Source: a bacterium | GTDB lineage: Bacteria; SAR324; NAC60-12 | Length of the DNA stretch: 64,000 nt | Direction: 5' to 3' | Assembly: GCA_965209155.1 (NCBI GenBank) | Contig: OZ242383.1 | Location: 2,112,001 to 2,176,000, forward strand | Shown: positions 50,149 through 57,676 of the stretch, piece after piece | Layout: every line of letters starts with the position of its first letter | How positions within the stretch are numbered: the first letter of the stretch is position 1 | Notes under the pieces: generated by a model | The model's input: only the letters and a program-made list of their open reading frames with translations | Database searches by the model: none | What the model was told of the DNA's origin: nothing | Translations under genes and position numbers: made by a program

Positions 50149-50189
50149 AGCTGCTTCCCCTACACTGAAAGTGAAATGAAACAATCGGC

Positions 50190-50612
50190 CTGAGATTGAC
50201 AATGCTGCCATACTTTCTGGGGACCATCCCCTCCAGGACGGCTTTGGTCACCGTCATGGGTCCCTTGAGATTCACCGCTATTTGCCAGTCCCAGCTCTCC
50301 TCGGTACTCTCAATAAAAAGCCCCAGCTCCTCCAAACCGACATTGTTTATCAGGACATCCATCCTTCCAAAGGTCTCCTCCACCTCCCGGACGGCGCGCT
50401 TCACCTCCTGGCTGTCGGTTATATCCATCTTCACCGCGATCGATTTTTTTCCTCCCTGGGAGAGGATCTCCTCAGCCACCGCCTGCGCATTCTCAAGCTG
50501 GATATCCAGAATGGCCGTCATGGCGCCCTCGTTGGCGAGTCTCCGGGTGGTTGCTTCCCCAATCCCTTGAGCCCCCCGTGATAATAGCCACTTTGTCCTC
50601 AAAACGTTTCAT
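50190..50612 (-). pseudogene. SDR oxidoreductase, frameshifted and 3'-truncated
   Basis: MKRFEDKVAIITGG / AQGIG frameshift at G6 (50572-50577); LINNVG; stops after GSIVN, before YxxxK. Confidence 0.8.
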
Positions 50613-50679
50613 AGTGTCCCTTTCTTAATTTCTTTTTCAAAACATAAACCTCCCCCCATTCACACTTAAGAAGCCTCGC

Positions 50680-51615
50680 TCACGGCTTCATCTCCCCGAT
50701 GATCGGTGTGTCGCGCGAGATGCGCTCCGCGTTAAAGTCGCCCCGGTGGCCAATGCCGAACCAGACCTTGAAGCCCAGGAGATCGAGGAGCTCTTGGGTC
50801 GCTTCCTCATACACCTCAGGAAGCAACGCCATCGGATAATTCTCGAAGGGCCTGAACATGGGCGGTTGGTAAGCGAAGGTGAGGCCCTTCCGCTCGCCAG
50901 TCGGATCCTGAGAGAGGTAGGCTCCGGATCCATGAATGAGCCGGCCGTCGAAGATGAAGCAGTTGCCGGCCGGGCCTATCACCTGTATCTGGTCCTTAAG
51001 GTCGTCCTTGTTCGGTCGGCGTCCGAGCTTGTGGCTGCCGGGCACGATCCAGGTTGCACCGTTTTCGCTGGTGAAGTCGTCCAGCATCCAAAAGACGTTG
51101 CACACGATGCACGGCATCAGGGTCGCTCCCGGGGTCTCGGGCTGGCCAGGATTCGCGCGTGTGATCGATCCGGCCCGCATCGGCTCGTCATAGCGGCCGG
51201 CCGATGGGACGAACCATTGGTCCTGGTGCAGCGTCTGCGCCTGGCCGCCACTGCGAATGATGTTCGCCAAGAGATTTTGGATACGGATTTCCTCACCGAG
51301 CACATGGTGCACAATGTCCAGAATGTCCGGCAGCGCAGCCATCTCGCGAAAGATACGGCCCTTGTTTGCGAGAAAAACCACAGCTTGGTTGTTGCCAGTC
51401 TTGGGTTCCGGAAATTCTCCCAGGTCATCAGGGATCCGGCCGTCACTGAAGAAGCCGACGCCGGCCTTGCGCTCGGCCTCGGCCTGCTCGCTGAGACGCT
51501 TTTGAGCTTCGGCAAGCTGTTCCGGGGTCAGCGCTTCCTTGACGAGACAATATCCATGCTCGTCGATATCTCGTTTCATTGTCCCGGCGTCGCGGGTCCA
51601 CGTGGGTAGGGTCAT
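50680..51615 (-). CDS. PhyH-family Fe(II)/2-oxoglutarate dioxygenase
   Basis: HQD, LDDFTSENGATWIVPGSH and GPAG..FIFDGRLIHG. Confidence 0.88.
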   Translation of the reverse strand: MTLPTWTRDAGTMKRDIDEHGYCLVKEALTPEQLAEAQKRLSEQAEAERKAGVGFFSDGRIPDDLGEFPEPKTGNNQAVVFLANKGRIFREMAALPDILDIVHHVLGEEIRIQNLLANIIRSGGQAQTLHQDQWFVPSAGRYDEPMRAGSITRANPGQPETPGATLMPCIVCNVFWMLDDFTSENGATWIVPGSHKLGRRPNKDDLKDQIQVIGPAGNCFIFDGRLIHGSGAYLSQDPTGERKGLTFAYQPPMFRPFENYPMALLPEVYEEATQELLDLLGFKVWFGIGHRGDFNAERISRDTPIIGEMKP

Positions 51616-51658
51616 TTTTCCTCCTTTATAAACTCTGAATACTCATACTCTTTACCGC

Positions 51659-51970
51659 TTACTCAATAATTTCAAGCCAAACCATCTTGAAAGGCCCGTC
51701 TGTCATACCTGCCAATTTCTGATTGTACTCACTTTCAGGATCTCGGTTAGGATCTTTCGTGTAATTTTCAAAATCTTCCCTTTTCTCCCATTTACACCAT
51801 ATGTGGACAGTGCTTTGACCAGAATCATCTGTGGAAACTCCACTTTCCAAAGAAATATGCCCAGGTTTTGATTTTGCGATAGCAAATCCTTTTGGCGACT
51901 TCAATAAATCCACAAGTTCATCCTTCTTATCTTTTTTAATTTTTATTTTACTGATATAAAGTACAGCCAT
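51659..51970 (-). CDS. ABM (antibiotic biosynthesis monooxygenase)-like ferredoxin-fold protein
   Basis: About 100 aa; PG..S.E...KWEKREDFENY pattern; GGAGGA RBS. Confidence 0.6.
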   Translation of the reverse strand: MAVLYISKIKIKKDKKDELVDLLKSPKGFAIAKSKPGHISLESGVSTDDSGQSTVHIWCKWEKREDFENYTKDPNRDPESEYNQKLAGMTDGPFKMVWLEIIE

Positions 51971-52074
51971 ATTCCTCCTGCAAATTAAAATATTAAAGAA
52001 TCCACCTTGACTAGCCGTCTGCGACTAGACATCCGCCATAGAAGGTGGTTTTGATGGGCCCCTGGAAGGGGCGT

Positions 52075-52231
52075 CTCGTGATCGTACTCGTGAGCCGTGC
52101 TCGTGCTCGTGAACGAAACGGCATCCCTGAGAATCCTGGAATCCCTGCTGTCTCTTCTATTCGGAATCCCCCTCTCAAGGGAATCGGGAACGTTTCTATC
52201 GAGCACGAGCACGATTACGAACACGGGCACG
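52075..52231. repeat. Palindromic element built from (GTGCTC)n / (GAGCAC)n hexamers
   Basis: ctcgtgatcgtactcgtg..gtgctcgtgctcgtgaacgaaacg ... cgtttctatcgagcacgagcacgattacgaacacgggcacg. Confidence 0.7.
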
Positions 52232-52459
52232 TTTCTGGCAGAGCCGATTATCTCTGACCATGACTAGGCTGGGCCGCATTCGGATCCCCGCCCAAAGGAC
52301 GTGGTTTAATCAGATAAAATTAAAGCTCTCATTCTCACAAATAAGTGCATGCGTGGTTATTCAGTTTTTCCGTATCGATTTTGAGATTCATGCCGCCTTG
52401 AGCCAGGCCCCGATTCGGTTTGAGAGCAATGATGGAGCGGAATAGAGTCATCTGGAACC

Positions 52460-53332
52460 TTAACCTTTGGTAGCGCCTGCTGTGAGGCCTGACACGAAGT
52501 ATTTCTGTAGCACGAGAAAGGTTACGATGACGGGCAGGCTGACAGTGACCATTGAAGCAGCGATTCCAGGATAGTCCACGTGTGATTGACCTATGTAGGT
52601 ATTCTTGAACCCTATAGGAACCGTGGCCAGAGTTAAATCGTTAAGGAGTAAAATAACATACATCAGGTGATTCCAGGCTGCCAGAAATGAGAACATTCCG
52701 ACGGCCACGAGCGCCGGAATAATGAGCGGCAGAACAATTTTGGTCAAGATTTGGAATCGATTGGCGCCATCGAGGAGCGCTGCCTCCTCAAGCTCCTTTT
52801 CGATCGTGTCGATATAGGTTTTAAGCATCCAAATGGAGAAGGGTAGCACCAAACCGGTGACACCCAGGATGATCCCGGCGTGGGTGTTGAGTAAATTGAA
52901 CGATCGATAGACCAGGTAGATGGGTAACATGATCGCGACGTAGGGGAACATCTGGGTCGAGAGAAGTCCTAGCAGCAGTGGTTTTTTGACGGGAAAGTCA
53001 AATCTTGAGAAACCGTAGCCGGCCAGGGCGGCCAAGACCATGGTAATGAAGGTCACTGAGAAGGATACGATCGCCCCGTTTATGGCAAAGGTAAAAGTGC
53101 GACCTAACCCCCATCTTAACTCCTTGAAACCTTCAGCTGTGGACAGCCACATAGCCTTGTAGCTTTTTAGCGTCCACTCATCGGGTATCAGGGTGGGAGG
53201 CACGCTGTAAGCCTCCTCCCAGCTCTTGAATGAGGTAATCGTTATCCAATAGAGGGGAAACGCAACGAAAACTAGGGCCAAAAGCAGAATGACGAACTTT
53301 GAAATAGTAAACAGATTTCCTGAGTTTTTCAT
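52460..53332 (-). CDS. Carbohydrate ABC permease (MalG-like)
   Basis: PLYWITITSFK, ELEEAALLDGA and QKYFVSGLTAGATKG. Confidence 0.9.
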   Translation of the reverse strand: MKNSGNLFTISKFVILLLALVFVAFPLYWITITSFKSWEEAYSVPPTLIPDEWTLKSYKAMWLSTAEGFKELRWGLGRTFTFAINGAIVSFSVTFITMVLAALAGYGFSRFDFPVKKPLLLGLLSTQMFPYVAIMLPIYLVYRSFNLLNTHAGIILGVTGLVLPFSIWMLKTYIDTIEKELEEAALLDGANRFQILTKIVLPLIIPALVAVGMFSFLAAWNHLMYVILLLNDLTLATVPIGFKNTYIGQSHVDYPGIAASMVTVSLPVIVTFLVLQKYFVSGLTAGATKG

Positions 53333-53333
53333 C

Positions 53334-54272
53334 TTAATCCCCCAGCACTTTCATACTTCTCAGATACAGGTAGGCGAATCCCGTAAGCGCCAACAACCAA
53401 ACGACGCCGATGGCGGAGGAGAGGCTGAAGTTTAATTGTTCAATGGCCGTTCTGTATGCCAGATTCACCAGGATATCCGTCTTACCGATCGGCCCTCCCT
53501 TGGTCGTGCTAATAACGATATCAATGAAGTTGAAGTTCCATATCACCATGAGGGTCGTCGTAATGACAATGACATTTTTGAGGTAGGGCAGCGTGATGTA
53601 CCAGAAACGCTGAAATAGGTTCGCTCCATCAATCACGGCGGCCTCTTCGATCTCCCGGGGAATGGTCTTTAACCCGGCCAGGAACATGATCATGCAGAAG
53701 GGGAACGACATCCAAATGGTAGCTATGATCAAGGTGGGCATGGCCGTATCCAAACCCGCGAAGAAATTTATCGGTTTGTCAAGCAGACCGATTTTCGTTA
53801 AGAAATAACCGATAACGCCCCCTTTTTGAAGAGACATAAACATAAAGATAATGGCCACCAGGGCCCCCGGCAAGACCCACGGTATGATAAAGAATGACCT
53901 GAGTATGCTATTTATGCGGGTCTGTTTATTGAGCGCCAAGGCCAGCAGTAAACCAACCAGGGCCGCTCCGGCCACGGAAGATATAGCGTAGACGAGCGTC
54001 ACCTGAACCGAATTCCAAAAGAAGCTGTAGGCGAAGAGTGTCTTGTAGTTGGCAAATCCGACCCAGGGCGATTCGCCCAGCTGAAACAGGTTAACGTCTC
54101 GAAAGCTATTGATAATCCCCAGCCCGAGTGGGTAGAAAATCAGGCCGAAGACGACAAGCAAGGCCGGCAAGGTCAGCAAAAATCCATAAATCCTGTCCCT
54201 CGTCTGTAGGTTCAGCTTGATGCCGAGGGAACCCATAGTGCGGTTCATCACCTGTGCGGGATTTAGATTCAA
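53334..54272 (-). CDS. Carbohydrate ABC permease (MalF-like)
   Basis: WVGFANY, LAGLKTIP.EIEEAA.IDGA and TKGGP; start uncertain. Confidence 0.9.
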   Translation of the reverse strand: MNLNPAQVMNRTMGSLGIKLNLQTRDRIYGFLLTLPALLVVFGLIFYPLGLGIINSFRDVNLFQLGESPWVGFANYKTLFAYSFFWNSVQVTLVYAISSVAGAALVGLLLALALNKQTRINSILRSFFIIPWVLPGALVAIIFMFMSLQKGGVIGYFLTKIGLLDKPINFFAGLDTAMPTLIIATIWMSFPFCMIMFLAGLKTIPREIEEAAVIDGANLFQRFWYITLPYLKNVIVITTTLMVIWNFNFIDIVISTTKGGPIGKTDILVNLAYRTAIEQLNFSLSSAIGVVWLLALTGFAYLYLRSMKVLGD

Positions 54273-54324
54273 ATTGGCTCCTTTGGAGTCGTAACATAGC
54301 TCATGGTGCTACCAATGTCGTTAA

Positions 54325-54505
54325 GAAGCTGTTTTAAAACCTATTATCCCCCCTCCCCTGGTGGGAGCCGTACGCGGAAGCGAGGTTGGGGGAGGGGGAA
54401 CAACGAAAGTCTGAAATTCACGGTGATTCCTTCACCCTCCCCCGGCCCCTCACGTCAAGGGAGGGGAGACATTTGTGGCAATTTTTGGGGTTTTAAAACA
54501 GCTTC
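54325..54505. mobile_element. MITE with 17-bp TIR and TAA duplication enclosing a CCCTCCCC/GGGAGGGG palindromic core
   Basis: gaagctgttttaaaacc / ggttttaaaacagcttc; taa at 54322-54324 and 54506-54508. Confidence 0.75.
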
Positions 54506-54556
54506 TAAGGTAAAATGGGCTGTGTCATGTCCGAATGTACTTGGAAGCGAAGCGGC

Positions 54557-54579
54557 GGGGCAGGACAGTGTCCCGCCCC
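54557..54579. terminator. GC-rich stem-loop downstream of the sugar-binding-protein gene
   Basis: ggggcaggac-agt-gtcccgcccc. Confidence 0.4.
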
Positions 54580-54597
54580 TCGGTGCGGTAGCTTCAA

Positions 54598-55929
54598 TTA
54601 CATACGGGTGACGATCTTAATGTTTGCTTCTGCTTCCTCCAATATCTCGTCAATCGGTTTATCCGTAAATACCGCTTTGTTTGCGGCATCAATGACGAAT
54701 GGCGCCGCTCTACTCCACATTTTATGCAACTTTGGCATTCTTACAGTGGGAATGGCGTTATCTCTCGCCGTACGGTGTATGGGATTATCGTAGGGTCCGC
54801 CGGGCTTATACATGTCCTTCTGCACACTGAGCGCGGCGGTAACAGATTGATTTGCCGTCCACTGGAGACCTACCGAAAATGGATCGGTTGTAAACCAATA
54901 GGCAAATTTCCAGGCTTCTTCCTTCACCTGACTCTGTTGGGAAATAGCTATCGTTTTGACGTTTGGCGGCGTTACCGGGTCATCCCCCTTATTCAAGACG
55001 GGAAGTTTTTCTATTGAAAGGCTCCCATCATAGAGCCCACCGTTATCCCAACGACCAGGGTTAGTCTGAAGCAAATTACCCATCAACCAACTCCCTTGGG
55101 TAACAATTGCCAACTTTTCTACTGCAAGCCCTCCTGTAATTGGTGCCATGATATCTTCCCCGGGACCATATATCAATCCCGCTTTTGCCATCTTTCTCCG
55201 CCATTCCAGCCAGACCTTGGCTTCGGGGGTATTCAAACCAATCTCACCCTCGTCAAGATTCTCCAGCGGAAAGACCCCAAAGTTCCAGGGCTCCCATATA
55301 TTAAGGGCATCCATCGTCCAAGCCCAAGAAGGTATCCAAAAATAAAAATCTTCGCCATTGGATTGATCGCGTACCTTGATCGCGTTCTCGTATACCTCAT
55401 CCCAGGTTTCCGGGATCCCAACACCATACTTCTTCAAGAGATCGTGATTGACAAACATGCTGCAAGGATCCATCAAAAATGGAATGGCATATACCGCATC
55501 ACCTATTTTTCCTATGTCACGTACATTTGGATCGAACTCCGCCATTTCTTCTGGTGTTGCAAGTTTGGTTAGATCGGCTAAAACGCCATTTTGGGCAAGG
55601 TCGTAATACCATACCCAGTCCAGCCACATGACATCCGGTGCGTCACCCGCCGCTGCTCTCACCAGCAGTGACTGTGCTGTATCCCCCCAGCCAACACCTA
55701 CCACTTGAATATCTATATGGGGGTTTAGTCGCTCATATTCCTCAATGACTTTTTTTATTAACTCTTGAGTTGGTGGCCACGTCCACTGAAAACTGTCCAT
55801 TTGGATGACGGTTTTCTGGGCATACACGCTCCCAGCCAAGAAGACGCTTGCTCCCAGTATGAGAGCCAGCAGGGTTGCCCTGAAGGTTGATTTGCGGTTT
55901 AGATTAAACCTAGCGATTATTGTTTTCAT
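54598..55929 (-). CDS. Carbohydrate ABC substrate-binding protein (family 1)
   Basis: Signal peptide ending VYA-Q; EYERLNPHI, AGDAPDV, YAIP, PETWDE and EEAWKF. Confidence 0.88.
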   Translation of the reverse strand: MKTIIARFNLNRKSTFRATLLALILGASVFLAGSVYAQKTVIQMDSFQWTWPPTQELIKKVIEEYERLNPHIDIQVVGVGWGDTAQSLLVRAAAGDAPDVMWLDWVWYYDLAQNGVLADLTKLATPEEMAEFDPNVRDIGKIGDAVYAIPFLMDPCSMFVNHDLLKKYGVGIPETWDEVYENAIKVRDQSNGEDFYFWIPSWAWTMDALNIWEPWNFGVFPLENLDEGEIGLNTPEAKVWLEWRRKMAKAGLIYGPGEDIMAPITGGLAVEKLAIVTQGSWLMGNLLQTNPGRWDNGGLYDGSLSIEKLPVLNKGDDPVTPPNVKTIAISQQSQVKEEAWKFAYWFTTDPFSVGLQWTANQSVTAALSVQKDMYKPGGPYDNPIHRTARDNAIPTVRMPKLHKMWSRAAPFVIDAANKAVFTDKPIDEILEEAEANIKIVTRM

Positions 55930-56014
55930 AAGATTCTCCTTAAAAAAAAAATGAATGAATAAATGGCATTAACAGAATAGCGATTTTCGATTTCATAAGA
56001 TTCTCCTTAAAAAA
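55911..56014 (-). repeat. Duplicated RBS plus start region (period 67 bp) that creates an 18-aa uORF
   Basis: 55911-55947 and 55978-56014 are 34/37 identical; uORF 55996-55940 reads MKSKIAILLMPFIHSFFF*. Confidence 0.8.
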
Positions 56015-56244
56015 TAAAAAAAATGACAAAATGACGCTCTCACGCGCCCATGATTTTCAAAACGGGTTTTATTCCATAGGCATTTCCTCCTTTAATGATG
56101 ATTTACTTCGAGTGTCTGACCGATAACCCTTTTCTCCCCTTAAATCGTCCCCATGCTTCGTGTTGGGTCGCGCTGCTTTGGAGTTATAGTCAGGGGACCT
56201 CTCCCTTCCTCAGTGGAAGGAATTGATTTGTTGGAATAGTATCA

Positions 56245-56260
56245 AGCAAGGATGGTGCCA
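56245..56260 (-). promoter_or_regulatory. Sigma54 (-24/-12) promoter for the sugar ABC operon
   Basis: Minus strand TGGCAC-CATCC-TTGCT, an exact match to TGGCAC-N5-TTGCW. Confidence 0.8.
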
Positions 56261-56349
56261 AAACGGCGCGGGATAGTCTAAGTGACAGATTTCACTGGAA
56301 TAATTGATTGACAGAGGAAGTTTCGACAGGTTTTGAAAAGATCGCGAAG

Positions 56350-56459
56350 TGGGGTCAAATGACCCCATACTACCGTGGATTTTCAGGATAACCTACTGAA
56401 ATTTAAGGAAAAATGAAAATTGGGGTCATTTCATCTCATTTTGGGGCTTAATCACCCCA
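56350..56459. promoter_or_regulatory. Three candidate upstream activator (enhancer) sites, TGGGG-N8-CCCCA-like
   Basis: tggggtcaaatgacccca (56350, perfect palindrome), tggggtcatttcatctca (56421) and tggggcttaatcacccca (56442), 90-200 bp upstream of the sigma54 site. Confidence 0.6.
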
Positions 56460-56482
56460 TAACTCCTCATCTTTTTAAAAAG
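56426..56482 (-). repeat. Orphan copy of the regulator gene 3' end
   Basis: 48/57 identical to 57677-57733 with a 30-bp perfect core; encodes LFKKMRSYGVIKPQNEMK* versus LFKKMRSYGVLEPHNVAK*. Confidence 0.85.
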
Positions 56483-56528
56483 TGTTTTAAGGACGAGCCT
56501 GCTCTGATCACAAATAGGTCGATCCCTC

Positions 56529-56557
56529 TTGACAAACTTTTCTATTTTCCTTTATAA
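56529..56557 (+). promoter_or_regulatory. Sigma70-type promoter of the rpn gene
   Basis: TTGACA-N17-TATAAA. Confidence 0.55.
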
Positions 56558-56593
56558 AACCTTGCTTCCTCACTTAAACAAGGATCATGGACG

Positions 56594-57631
56594 ATGGCCC
56601 AATCTAAAAAATCCTCCAACCGAAAAGGCACGCCTCACAATGATTTTTTTATCCAGCAGTGGAGTGATTTAAAGGTGGCTCAGGCTTTTTTTAAAGAATA
56701 TTTGCCCGCTTCTATTCAAGCCATCATGGATTGGTCCCAATTGCGGCTAGCCCTAGGGGATTTTGTGCAAAAAGCATTGAAGAATCGTAAAAGTGATCTC
56801 CTTTATGAAACCCGTTTTAAAGGAAGCGAGGGCCAGGCAATCAAGGGCTTCTTCTTGATTCATTTCGAGCATCAAAAAGAGCCGGAAGCCAACATGAGTT
56901 ATCGCTACTTGAACTATTTAGTGGGGATTTATGAGCAATACCAAAAGCAATTTCCCCAAGAAGGCCTCCCGATTTTTTTCCCGGTGACCCTTTTTCAAGG
57001 CCCTAAAAAATGGACCGCAGCCCTCCACTTCCATGATTTTCTCAAGGTTCCCGAGCCTCTCAAACCCTATGTGCCTTCCTTTGAGTATCACCTGGTGGAT
57101 TTATCAGGCATGCGGGATGATCAAATCAAAGGGACCTTGTTTTTAAGGGTGTTTTTGATGATCATGAAACATATCGATTCCCCAGAGCTTTCCGATCTTT
57201 TAGCCACGGTCATCTGGCCTTTGTTTGAAAAACTATTTGAAGAAGGCAGTGGTTTGCGGTATCTTGAGGAGGTACTCTACTATTTATTCAAAGCCAGTTC
57301 CCACCTCAAAGAAGAGGAAGTGGTGCAACAAGTTCAAAACCTGCTTAGCTTTGAAAACGCTCAAGAGGTCATTATGACAGTCGCCGAACAATTAGAACAA
57401 AAAGGAATCAAACAAGGAATTGAACAAGGAATTGAACAAGGTAAAATTTTAGTGGCAAGCAAACTTTTATACAAAAAATTTGGCCACGCTGCAATACCTT
57501 ATCAAGATAGACTGGCTTCCCTTTCTACCGATGAACTCGAAATCCTCATTGAGAGACTGATTACAGAATCTTCTCTAGAAGACATTTTTCAAGGGTTTTC
57601 TTGGAGCAGTCCTCCGACAAAGCTTTCTTAA
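56594..57631 (+). CDS. Rpn/YhgA-like (transposase_31) PD-(D/E)XK nuclease
   Basis: PHNDFF, A.AFFKEYLP, SDLLY, EHQ, VDLS, MTVAEQL and GIEQ repeats. Confidence 0.9.
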   Translation: MAQSKKSSNRKGTPHNDFFIQQWSDLKVAQAFFKEYLPASIQAIMDWSQLRLALGDFVQKALKNRKSDLLYETRFKGSEGQAIKGFFLIHFEHQKEPEANMSYRYLNYLVGIYEQYQKQFPQEGLPIFFPVTLFQGPKKWTAALHFHDFLKVPEPLKPYVPSFEYHLVDLSGMRDDQIKGTLFLRVFLMIMKHIDSPELSDLLATVIWPLFEKLFEEGSGLRYLEEVLYYLFKASSHLKEEEVVQQVQNLLSFENAQEVIMTVAEQLEQKGIKQGIEQGIEQGKILVASKLLYKKFGHAAIPYQDRLASLSTDELEILIERLITESSLEDIFQGFSWSSPPTKLS

Positions 57632-57676
57632 ATTCCTCTCGTTTTTCTAAACGGCCAGCTTCATCTCCCCTAATGA

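Noticed and set aside
50746..51609. 287-aa plus-strand ORF
   Set aside because: Antisense shadow of the GC-rich PhyH gene
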